Source of the DNA: Nitrosopumilus sp.
Lineage (GTDB): Archaea > Thermoproteota > Nitrososphaeria > Nitrososphaerales > Nitrosopumilaceae
Direction of reading: 5' to 3'
DNA length: 64,000 nt
NCBI GenBank assembly: GCA_963667665.2
Contig: OY763927.2
Coordinates: 1,440,001 to 1,504,000 of the forward strand
In this document: positions 9,802 to 20,200 of the stretch, one piece after another
Numbering within the stretch: position 1 is the first letter of the stretch
Layout: each line of letters begins with the position of its first letter
The notes under the pieces: generated by a model
Database searches by the model: none
What the model was told of the DNA's origin: nothing
The model's input: the letters and a program-made list of their open reading frames with translations, nothing else
Made by a program: the position numbers and the translations under genes

Positions 9802-12660
9802 TTAGTTGCCTACCTCAATTGAGATGTAATGCATCTCAGGTATTCCATCTTTAACAAATATTGTACCAATATTGAGATCATTTTCTTCTTGCCACATGAA
9901 TACTCTATCACTACGTGGCTTTACAAAGTCATCAATGAATTTAGAAAGGAATTCTTCAGTATCTACACGTTCATTTTCAGTAAAGAAGATTAGTTTTCCT
10001 TCACTAAATGATAGTGGAATCTGAATAGATGCTGGTTCAGCAATTGTAATTTCATTTTCTTCAAAAACAGATTTTATGATATCAATTCTGTCATTTTTAG
10101 CTAGTTCAGAATATTCATCATCTGAAGTTATAGATATTACTACACCAGAAACTTTCTTCAAATACTCTTCAAATGCTTCTTCTTGTGTATCGCCTAACCC
10201 AACAAAATATTCTCCATTAAACGCTGCTCCAACTGCTGCGATAGTACCAATTTGGGCAACTACTCCTCCAGCACCTGCAGTGTATACTGTGATAAAGTAG
10301 ACATCATGTTCACCTACATGATACAAAATATTATCACCAATTCTTGGATTCCTCAAGAGTGTCTTTAGTTGAGCAAAGTCTGGATCTCTATCAAGAGCCT
10401 CTCTAACTGCAGTAGGACCAATCAATTTAGTTGTAGAATTTAGTGGTACTTCATAGAACTGCAAGTCTCCTAAAGTATCAAGATCATTTTCAACTATCAT
10501 GTATCCAGCAAGGTTTCTTCCTTGAGAGCCTTTCAGTTCTAATGATAGTAATCCTATGAATTCAGTTTGTTCAAAGCCTGGTGGTTTTGCTTCAACATAA
10601 TAAGTATCAAGACCTCGTGGAATTTCGTAGAATTCATTGGCTTGAATAAATGTCTCAACATTAGTTACATGGTAAATATTATACATCTGTGTTTTCCAAT
10701 TAAATAATTCAGCAGGATATCTAACTTGTTCATCTAACCAAGAAGGAATTGGTATTATTTGTTCAGAGTATTGACTAGAAAACATTTCTGAAAAGAAATC
10801 ATCTCCAGTAGTAAGTAGTTGAATATTACCATCGTATGTATCAACAAGTGCATAACCTACTAAACGTAAGAAAGGATTTCCAACAGACCAAGGAATATCA
10901 TTTGTATCAAATCCAATAATTAATGGAATTAACCAATAGGAATTTTCTCCATCAGTAACAGGAATTGAATCTAATTCTTTTCCAAACAATTCATAAAGGA
11001 AGTAAGGATATAGAATTTTCATTCTTTCATGAACGTCTTTGTATCTCATAACATGAACTGGTTCAGTTGGAAATGAAAGCAAAAAGTTTGGCTCAAAGGT
11101 CCAACTTAGTGGTGGAGAAACGGCTAATCCACCCATACCTGAATAAAGAGCTCCTCCAAGTTCAGCACTTTCTGAACCTCTTGAAGTAGGAAAACCAGAC
11201 CAGGTTTGCTCAAATAGTCCACCCTCACCATAGTAGATCTCTCTTTGTTTGAAAAATTTACTACTGTCAACAATTTGACCGTCAGTTGCTTCAAGAGTGA
11301 GGAATCCATTTGGAACATGAGTATAGACAAGATGCTCGTTATACCATCTGTTTTCAGCACTTACAGTGGATGGTAGAATTGGTTTCATTGAAGCTGTCCA
11401 ATACAAAGTATTGTTAAAGCGAAGAATATCATTATCTTCAAAGTCTACATACGGAATAAGTCCAATTTCAGGCTTTAACTTGGCAAAAGCTCCTTCCCAA
11501 TCCCAAACTCGAATTACATCAAGAACGTCACTGTTTTGTTGTACATAATTATTGATATTATTTGGAGAAACAGCTGATAGTTTTACATCATGAATGTTTT
11601 CTTGTACTTGATCTAATTCACCAAGATATCGATTTACTCCAATTTGTTGAGCAGTGTATGGTCCCAAATATTCAATCTTCTTTGCATCAGCAACACTATT
11701 GTTAACAGAAATAACTCCTACTACAATAATTGCAATTGCACTAACTGTTATAATTCTAATGTATACATCTCTCTTAAACATATGAGTTAGAACACGTGCT
11801 CGAATATTATCTACTACTGAAAATGCAATTAATGCAAAGCCTATGACAAGTACACCACCAATTATATATCTTGTATTGTAATCAATTTGATCTGTCAAGA
11901 AGAGATTAAAACCTACCCAGAGAATACCAATGCCAATTATTCCTTCAATAGTTGAAACATAGCTTAGGTATCGTGGTTTTCCTTCATTAGAATCATGAAG
12001 AAATGAAGTTATCACAGAAATAATTTTATGAATTCCAACATACAAAACTAAACGTAATCCAATTGCTGCAAGTATTGGAGGAAGCAATATCAGCAAACTA
12101 GGAATCATTGGAACAACATTTTCTACTGCATAATTTGGATCAGTATCAGGTGTTACAAAGGGTAGAGGAAATAATTTTGGTATATTTTCAATTCCTAGAG
12201 TATTTCCATCAATAAATGACATTGCTGCAAATCCAAACATAATATTTGCAAAGAATGCTCCAAAAAGCAGAATCTTGGTAATTTGCCAGATAACAAATTG
12301 CGGAGCAGATATTTTGTAATCTCTAAAACTTCGGATATCACTTGCTAAAGGTTGTTGTCCACCTTTGGCAAGAAATCCAAGTGCTGTACTAATAGCATAC
12401 CAGAAAATTGAAGATCTACTAACAATATTTACACGTACAAGAGCAATTGTAGAGAGAATTATTGCAGAGACTAGAGTGTAAAAGAGAGGTTTGGTAAATT
12501 GTTCACCAAATTCGGTGAAATTCATGGATAAAATTACTCCCTGATTTCCAACTGTGGCAAAAATTACAATAGCCATAATGGCTACAATGGCTAATCTGAC
12601 AAGTTTTCCAGCATCAGGAGGTGGTGTCTGCTTATCAATAGAGGCACTATACAAAATCAA
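9802..12660 (-). CDS. UPF0182 family membrane protein
   Basis: Multi-TM N-terminal half; IRVWD, NEHLVYTH, IYYGE, YPAELF motifs. Confidence 0.85.
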   Translation of the reverse strand: MILYSASIDKQTPPPDAGKLVRLAIVAIMAIVIFATVGNQGVILSMNFTEFGEQFTKPLFYTLVSAIILSTIALVRVNIVSRSSIFWYAISTALGFLAKGGQQPLASDIRSFRDYKISAPQFVIWQITKILLFGAFFANIMFGFAAMSFIDGNTLGIENIPKLFPLPFVTPDTDPNYAVENVVPMIPSLLILLPPILAAIGLRLVLYVGIHKIISVITSFLHDSNEGKPRYLSYVSTIEGIIGIGILWVGFNLFLTDQIDYNTRYIIGGVLVIGFALIAFSVVDNIRARVLTHMFKRDVYIRIITVSAIAIIVVGVISVNNSVADAKKIEYLGPYTAQQIGVNRYLGELDQVQENIHDVKLSAVSPNNINNYVQQNSDVLDVIRVWDWEGAFAKLKPEIGLIPYVDFEDNDILRFNNTLYWTASMKPILPSTVSAENRWYNEHLVYTHVPNGFLTLEATDGQIVDSSKFFKQREIYYGEGGLFEQTWSGFPTSRGSESAELGGALYSGMGGLAVSPPLSWTFEPNFLLSFPTEPVHVMRYKDVHERMKILYPYFLYELFGKELDSIPVTDGENSYWLIPLIIGFDTNDIPWSVGNPFLRLVGYALVDTYDGNIQLLTTGDDFFSEMFSSQYSEQIIPIPSWLDEQVRYPAELFNWKTQMYNIYHVTNVETFIQANEFYEIPRGLDTYYVEAKPPGFEQTEFIGLLSLELKGSQGRNLAGYMIVENDLDTLGDLQFYEVPLNSTTKLIGPTAVREALDRDPDFAQLKTLLRNPRIGDNILYHVGEHDVYFITVYTAGAGGVVAQIGTIAAVGAAFNGEYFVGLGDTQEEAFEEYLKKVSGVVISITSDDEYSELAKNDRIDIIKSVFEENEITIAEPASIQIPLSFSEGKLIFFTENERVDTEEFLSKFIDDFVKPRSDRVFMWQEENDLNIGTIFVKDGIPEMHYISIEVGN

Positions 12661-12701
12661 ATTTCGTTGTGATTTGGTAAATTAATGTCTTACCAGCAAA
12701 A

Positions 12702-13823
12702 TCAAGCTATTGTTGCTAGTTTTTTGCAAATCATATAGACTGCAGCATATGTTGAAATTGTGACTTTTTCATTGGTATATGGACCAAATTTTTTGTTTTT
12801 GAGAGAAAATTCTATTGGGCAGTTTGCAAAAACTTCTACTGAATCATCACTAAGAAAAGATGCATTAGTATATGGATCAAACTTTGTTAAATTTTTACAA
12901 AGAATTTTTGTGAGACCACTTTTGCTGTTTATAGATCCAGGTAATCTAAAGATTCTATGAATATCCATAGTTACATTAGGATCAATTTTTACTCCAATTT
13001 TCTCTGTTACATCATCAAGAGTTTTTTGGAAAGAAGAATAACCATTAACAAGTAACTCTGAAATAATTTTTGAGCGTTTTGATTTAGAACCAAACACTTG
13101 TTTAGAAAATCTTCCTCTCCATCCATTTTCATTAAAATCTGGGAAAGATGAACGATTTGGTTTAAATTTCTTCATTCCAAATTTTTCAGGAATAGCTCCA
13201 TTAAACATAATGTAATCTGTGAGTTCCGCTCTTTCTCTAGAACCAATTTGTTGAAATTGTGAATCAAACACATAAACATGAAATCCTTCATTGCCAGAAA
13301 AATATACATGAATATTTTCTTGAGATATTGCTAGATCATCAATTAGAACTTCAGTTAGTTTAGATACTTCAGTTTTTGAGGTGTCAATACAATTTTTACA
13401 AGGTAAGGATTTTTTTTCTATTTTTGTAGAATTACATTTTAAACAATGTTCAGAGTTTTTTGAAACTTGATTGCATTCATTACATATTGATACAGTATGA
13501 TTTTCTCTGCAAGACAAATTAAGATCTTTTGCATCAATATCAAAAATCAGATCTGCTTCTTTCCAGTCTTTTTCGTTCATAGGTAAATTGGGAAAAGAAT
13601 AGTATGCATTTGAACAATAAACATCAGATGGAATGTTTTGCATAAATAACAAATGTAATTCATTATCATTTTTTAATGAAATATGACGAGTCATTCCAGA
13701 ATTGAATTTTTGATACCCAAATTCTCTTTCAGATGTACGTTCAGGTACTTGAATTAGATTAAAATGCTCAAAATAATATTTTTTGAACGAGTCTTCTAAG
13801 AATTTAATGTCAGTTTCTTTCAT
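12702..13823 (-). CDS. priS: DNA primase small subunit PriS
   Basis: REFG, DLIFDID, FSGNEGFHV, ID..VT.DIHRIFRLPGS. Confidence 0.95.
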   Translation of the reverse strand: MKETDIKFLEDSFKKYYFEHFNLIQVPERTSEREFGYQKFNSGMTRHISLKNDNELHLLFMQNIPSDVYCSNAYYSFPNLPMNEKDWKEADLIFDIDAKDLNLSCRENHTVSICNECNQVSKNSEHCLKCNSTKIEKKSLPCKNCIDTSKTEVSKLTEVLIDDLAISQENIHVYFSGNEGFHVYVFDSQFQQIGSRERAELTDYIMFNGAIPEKFGMKKFKPNRSSFPDFNENGWRGRFSKQVFGSKSKRSKIISELLVNGYSSFQKTLDDVTEKIGVKIDPNVTMDIHRIFRLPGSINSKSGLTKILCKNLTKFDPYTNASFLSDDSVEVFANCPIEFSLKNKKFGPYTNEKVTISTYAAVYMICKKLATIA

Positions 13824-14848
13824 TACTTTCTCTTCTTTCCAAATTGTAGTGGGTTTATGATATTATCACATTCTGGAATAGCAAAACAAAGATCTTGTGT
13901 TTTTAGTTTCTCACAAGAAGGGCAAATGTATTTAGTGCCACTTCCAGAAGTTCCAGCCAAATGATTTAGTTGGTAAAGTGTAACGCGTTCGTTATAATCA
14001 GGAGCATTTTTGAATAATGGTGCAATTTGTTCTACTGATTGACCCTTTGAGAGTAAAAAAGAAGCCAACATGAATCTTCCAGAATGTGGAAGATTTTCAC
14101 CTTTTTCAAGTTCTTCAATTCCATGTTTAATACATGGTGGATATTCTCCAGTAGTTACAGTAAAGGTTACAAATTTTTTTGATAGTGAAACAAGTTTGTT
14201 TACAGAATCCTCAAAACCTGGAATCATTACAGGAGTTTTTGCATTAATAATTTTTGAATTGATGTATGTTCCTAATTCTTTTCTTATCAGTCTGACTGTT
14301 TCATGTGGAGTAAGAAAGACTTGTCCATTTTCCACATGTCTGTTGATTAGTTTCCATTCTCTTTCATGAAAATTAATTGAATGTTTTAGATAATCAGATA
14401 CCGAAATTACAAAGAAATCATCAAGTTTCTCAACTTGAACTGAAAAGAGGTCATCAATTACTTTAATTGCTAATTCTTTTTTTGATTCATCTGAAATATT
14501 TGCTAGATCTTTTTCAAGATATTTTTCTGCACGTCTTGCTTCTGCAAGTGCAAATCTCTTGATTAGAGTATGCATACCACTTAGTTTCAATAGTACAATA
14601 GCCAAAAGAAACGAGAAAACCTCTCTAGGTAAAGCTGCCTCTTTTGAGACTTGATCTCCAATTAGATCGGATTTGTAGATTTTTCCATCTGCTGCAACCT
14701 GAATTCGATCAAATGCTTTGCCAACTAGCTGTTTTAAATCAGGATCTGTGCCAAACTGCTCTAGTGTAAATCCCTTATCTTTGAGGTATTGCCCAGCATC
14801 TGTTAAGAAAGGATACTTTGCAATTTCGTCTTGTCCAAGTTCAAGCAT
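13823..14848 (-). CDS. priL: DNA primase large subunit PriL
   Basis: KYPF, YPPCI, H..RF.LASFL, PSC, C..C Fe-S ligands; adjacent to priS. Confidence 0.95.
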   Translation of the reverse strand: MLELGQDEIAKYPFLTDAGQYLKDKGFTLEQFGTDPDLKQLVGKAFDRIQVAADGKIYKSDLIGDQVSKEAALPREVFSFLLAIVLLKLSGMHTLIKRFALAEARRAEKYLEKDLANISDESKKELAIKVIDDLFSVQVEKLDDFFVISVSDYLKHSINFHEREWKLINRHVENGQVFLTPHETVRLIRKELGTYINSKIINAKTPVMIPGFEDSVNKLVSLSKKFVTFTVTTGEYPPCIKHGIEELEKGENLPHSGRFMLASFLLSKGQSVEQIAPLFKNAPDYNERVTLYQLNHLAGTSGSGTKYICPSCEKLKTQDLCFAIPECDNIINPLQFGKKRK

Positions 14849-14934
14849 GATAGTAACTTACCTAATTTACTTAAAAATCCGGTTATGGGAATTTCAAAGC
14901 TGATTTAAATTATGTTTTTTAGAAAACTATCTAA

Positions 14935-15773
14935 ATGCAGATCGGCTGTCATGTCTCAATTGCAGGATCAATTGACAAGGCAGTAGATAATGCTGTAAAA
15001 AGAGGATGTTCTGCTTTTCAGATATTTACAAGAAACCCAAGAGGTTGGCACGCAAAAGAACTCATCAAAGAAGATATTTCTAATTTTAAATCAAAACTAA
15101 AAGAAAGTAAAATAGACAGATTTGCAATATGTGCACACATGCCATATTTACCAAATCTTGCTAGTCCAAAAGACGATGGATTTCAAAAATCAGTGAGAAT
15201 ATTAGGAGATGAAGTTGAAAGATGTGCACAGTTAGGAATTCCATATCTTGTAACACATCTTGGTAGTCATTTGGGAACTGGTGATGAAGCTGGAATTAGA
15301 AGACTAGTAGATGGTTTAACACAAGCAGTACAACCAGAAAATGATGTAATGATTCTATTAGAGAATACTGCGGGTCAAAAAAACTCTGTAGGTTCTGAAT
15401 TTAAACAACTAGGAGAAATTTTCAATCAATTAAAACCTGCAAACAAATTTGGTATTTGTTTTGATACTTGTCATGCATTTGTTTCAGGATACGATATGAG
15501 AACTGCAGAGAAAGTAAAGGAGACTTTTGATGAATTTGATAAACATGTAGGAATAGAGAATTTAAAAATTCTTCACCTAAATGATGCTAGAGGAGAAATA
15601 GGTTGTAATCTTGATAGACACTATCATTTAGGATTAGGAGAATTGGAGAGAAAGGAATTGCTGCAGTTGTAAAATTTGCAAACAAGAAAAAAATTCCAAT
15701 CATTTTAGAGACTCCAATTGATGATGATAGAGATGATTTTGAGAATATCAAAATAGCAAAGGAATTTGCGTAG
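14935..15773 (+). pseudogene. nfo: Endonuclease IV (Nfo), frameshifted near 15640 (true lesion or sequence error)
   Basis: GCHVS, HMPYL.NL, ENTAG, DTCH, HLND, DRH; the conserved tail IGEKGI...IILETP continues in another frame to TAG at 15771-15773. Confidence 0.85.
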
Positions 15774-15804
15774 AAATTTATGCAATGATTGAGTGAATCT
15801 AACA

Positions 15805-17262
15805 ATGGACTATGAAGCAGTTATGAAATTAGCACTTGAGCGTGGATTTTACTTTCCTAGTTGTGAGATTTATGCTGATGCACAGGCTGGATTTTGGGAG
15901 TATGGACCATCTGGAGTTAGTTTGAAAAATAAATTTCTTGAATTATGGAGAAGAGAGCTAATACGAAGAGATGGGATGCTTGAGATTGATGGCTCTCAAA
16001 TAATGTCTAAATCAGTTTTTGAGGCATCAGGTCACTTGAGTAACTTTGCTGATCCAATTATAAAATGTACAAAATGTAATTCAACATTTAGAGCAGATAG
16101 AACAATTGCAGATATTACAAAAATTGAGATTCCTGAAAGTGCAGGTTTGGAGGAATTTGATAATGCTATTTCACAAAATAACATAAAGTGCCCAAAATGT
16201 AAAGGAGATTTTGAGAAGACAAAGAAATTCAATATGATGTTTAGAGTTGGTATTGGTCCTGAAGGAGAAGAAGCATACCTTAGACCTGAGACATGTCAAT
16301 CAATCTTTGTAGATTTTCCTAGACTCTTTAAGACCATGCGAGGAAAGCTTCCTTTAGGAATAGCTCAAGTGGGAAAGAGTTTTAGAAATGAGATAGCGCC
16401 AAGACAGAGTCTGCTTCGTCTTAGAGAATTTTATCAGGCAGAAATTGAAGTCTTTTGTAATCCATCAAAGTTAGATGAGATAGAAAAGTTTGTAGAGATT
16501 CAAGATACAGTGATTAGAGTTCAAACTGATGCAGAACCTGTTTCTATGACATGCAAAGAAGCAGTAGAATCAGGAACTATTCCAAACAAGTTTGTTGCAT
16601 ATTACTTGGGAATTTTAACTGAATTTTATGAAAAGACTGGAATAGATATTACAAAAAGCAGATTCAGAAAACTTGGTGAGAAAGAAAAGGCGTTCTATGC
16701 TGAAGTTGCATTTGATTTTGAGGTAGAAACCACAATAGGATGGTTAGAACTAGTTGCATGTAACTATAGATCTGACTATGATTTATCCAGTCATGCAAAA
16801 AAGAGTAAGGAGAAATTTGAAGTAATGGATAATGATGAAAAGGTTTTGCCACACATTTTTGAGATTTCAATGGGAATTGACAGGAGTCTTTACACCATCT
16901 TAGAGCACAGTTTGAAAGATGATAAGGAACATGAGAGAATTGTTCTATCACTAAAACCATATCTTTCTCCTGTTCATGTGGGAGTACTATCTCTAGTCAA
17001 AAAGGATGGCCTTAAAGAGAAAACTGATGAGATTTATCTTCAAATTAAAAGAAAATATGATGCGTTTTTGGATCACTCTGGTGCCATAGGACGAAGATAT
17101 AGGAGATTAGATGAGGTTGGTTCTCCCTTTGCTATTACTGTTGATCATCAAACTCTTGAAGATGAAACTGTAACCATTAGGAAAAGAGATTCAATGGAAC
17201 AAAACAGAATTAAAATTTCTGATCTTGATTCTATAATATCTGAATCAATTGCATTTCCATAA
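15805..17262 (+). CDS. glyS: Glycine--tRNA ligase (alpha2 type)
   Basis: YLRPETCQ, GKSFRNEIAPRQ.LLRLREF.QAE, GAIGRRYRRLDEVG. Confidence 0.95.
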   Translation: MDYEAVMKLALERGFYFPSCEIYADAQAGFWEYGPSGVSLKNKFLELWRRELIRRDGMLEIDGSQIMSKSVFEASGHLSNFADPIIKCTKCNSTFRADRTIADITKIEIPESAGLEEFDNAISQNNIKCPKCKGDFEKTKKFNMMFRVGIGPEGEEAYLRPETCQSIFVDFPRLFKTMRGKLPLGIAQVGKSFRNEIAPRQSLLRLREFYQAEIEVFCNPSKLDEIEKFVEIQDTVIRVQTDAEPVSMTCKEAVESGTIPNKFVAYYLGILTEFYEKTGIDITKSRFRKLGEKEKAFYAEVAFDFEVETTIGWLELVACNYRSDYDLSSHAKKSKEKFEVMDNDEKVLPHIFEISMGIDRSLYTILEHSLKDDKEHERIVLSLKPYLSPVHVGVLSLVKKDGLKEKTDEIYLQIKRKYDAFLDHSGAIGRRYRRLDEVGSPFAITVDHQTLEDETVTIRKRDSMEQNRIKISDLDSIISESIAFP

Positions 17263-17285
17263 ATCAATCATACAAGTTTTAGAAA

Positions 17286-20200
17286 TTACTTTGAAAATAC
17301 TGTAATTGTTTCAGAGTGATATCTGTATTTTACCTTCACAGAAATGTCTTCCATTGCATGTGCTTGTTGGATAAATCCATCTTCTGTCTCTACAGAAACG
17401 TTCCATTGTCCAGTAATTGGATCAATGGATGTTATTGAGAATCTCTCAAGTGCATTATCTGCACCACTGTATTTCACTCTAAGTACTTGATCACCATACA
17501 TTATACTAGTTAGACCGCCACGATTACCTTTGGTATTTTCATTTATCATACAATCATCAGTGCTTCCAATTACACATTGTCCTAGTGGATCAGTTAGATG
17601 AAATCTCAAGTTTTCATCTGAATTTGATGAATAGATGAGTGCAGGTTCTGCAATAACTTGTCCATCTATTTCAATTAATTCTAGTGAAGGTAATTCAAAT
17701 GCTGAGATTGATGTTGTTCTTGGATGGCTATGAAGTGTAGCTGATTCTGTAATAACTGATTGGTCATACAAGTCTACTTTACCTTGTAATTCATTACTAG
17801 AGTATGAATCAGATTTTGGAATATCCCAATCAAATGTAACTTTGGTTTGACCTGGTTCAAAGAGTTGTGTTCTTTGTGATACAACCTAACCATCTACAAT
17901 TAGTGATACTAATCCATATGCTGTTGAATTATCAGTAAATATGTAGACTTCTGGTTTGATTGCAACTCCAGATGGTTTGACTGTAGGTATATCCATCTCT
18001 ACTGAAATACTAGATGATGATGTTGGTTTTACACCAATCTCATACTGTCTAGAATCAATTGAATTTAGATCCTCATCTAGAATATGTAACCAGTATTTCA
18101 TTCCTGGTTCTACCATAAAGTATGATGGAATTGTTGCACTAACAAATGATGTAGAGTTTGAAATTGACATTGATTCTACATTCATTCTGATTGCAACATA
18201 TTCTTCATCTGTCTCACCTAGAGTTGCAGTTCTTAGTTCTACTCTTACTAATGGGAATTTACTATCTATTATTGCAGTTACAGTCAAGTCCTCTCCGTTA
18301 AGATAGAATAATTCTGATTCAGATTCTACGTTATGCATTGTACCATTACCAATTTGGAATTTCATATCAAATATTCTTGGAACATCAAATGATACTTCTT
18401 CTTCCTCAGGTAATTCTACAATTGTTGTAGAACCAGTACATGATGTGAGATATACTGGAGCCTGAACTCTGTTTATTATTTCACCCTTGATTTCAGAAAG
18501 TACTACCATCATGAATGTTTCATCAGAAGCTATTGGTGCCTCAAAGACATACTTGTTAATGCTTGAGAATTGGTTAAACTCTTCAAATGGCTGGTCTTCA
18601 GCTAGTACAGCATATACTGTTCCTGATCTTGTTGTATGAAGTACTACTGTTGGAATCTCATCAGCATCACTAGATACTAAAATTCTGACCATATTTTCAT
18701 CACATTTGTCATAAGATACCTCGTTGATTGCTAGTGGTGTTCCTAGAATTCCACCAAATCCACCAGTACCACCAGCTCCACTACCTCCAGCACTTCCACT
18801 ACCACCAGTACCACCAGTACCACCAGTACCACCAGTACCACCAGTACCACCAGTACCACCAGTACCACCAGTACCACCAGTACCACCAGTACCACCAGTA
18901 CCACCATCTCCACCTGATGATGTTGATGAACTTCTACCAAATGCAGTAAAGTGAGTAGTCCAAACTATAAGATCTTCTCCATCATCAAATACACATTCTC
19001 CTGCTCCACCAAGTTGTGTCTTTACTGTAGCAAGATCATCAGCAGTACAGACTGTAGTGATAAAGCTTACAGAAGTATCTGCTGGTCTCTTAAAGAATGC
19101 CTCAAATCCTTGACCACCGTCTTCAGTTAACTCTAATCTTACTGGCTCATCAAATGTTATTTCACCGGATGAAAATCCAATTTCAAATGCAGTAATATCA
19201 CTAAATGTTTCAGTTTCAGTATCTGGAATTGTAATTGGTGTAAACATTGGCAATTCTAGAAGACCATCCCAACCAGCAGGACCAGTCATTGTTGTAGAGT
19301 CTGCTAATATTACTTCAACATCAAGTGTTGGAGCACTATCACTAAGGTCTGCAACAAGAGTCCAGCCATTAGTTATTGTTACAGAATCTCCAACAAGAAT
19401 TGCATTGTAGTTCATTGTGGCATCATCAATGTTATCCATAATGAGTGAAGATAATAATGCGTCTGAACTAAGTATTACCAATTCTGTGTCATCATTTGTT
19501 ATAGTTATTGATGTTTGTCCATCTTCAACAAGCACTTGATTTGGTCCTAGATTTTTCAAGTCAGTTTCACTGTCTGAGAAGCTTAGTGTTTCAATGAAAG
19601 ATGCAGAAGCCTTTTTGTTGATGAGATCTACTAGTGAGAATGACTCTGTAAGGGAGACTGAAGCTGCTTTGGTAGTATCAACTGCATCTACAAATGTTAG
19701 TGACTCTATTAGAGAAATAGATGCGGCGTGATCAGTATCAACTACATCTACAAATGTTAGTGACTCTGTGAGTGAGACGGATGCTATCTTGGTAGTATCA
19801 ACTATATCTACAAATGTTAGTGACTCTGTGAGTGAGACGGATGCTGTCTTGGCGATGTTATCAGTGAAGGTTAGTGATTCTTCGAGTGAGACGGATGCTG
19901 TCTTGGCGATGTTATCAGTGAAGGTTAGTGATTCTGTAAGAGAGACTACAGCAGTATTTGTAGTGTCAACTGCATCTGCAAATGTTAGTGATTCTTCTAG
20001 TGAGATGGATGCTATCTTGGCGATGTTATCTACAAATGTTAGTGATTCTGTAAGTGAGACGGATGCAGCGTGATCAGTGTTAACTGCATCTACAAATGTT
20101 AGTGATTCTGTAAGTGAGATTGAAATAGCTCCATTGGCAGAAATTATATCTGTAAATGTTAGTGATTCTTCTAGTGAGACGGATGCTGCTTTGGTAGTGT

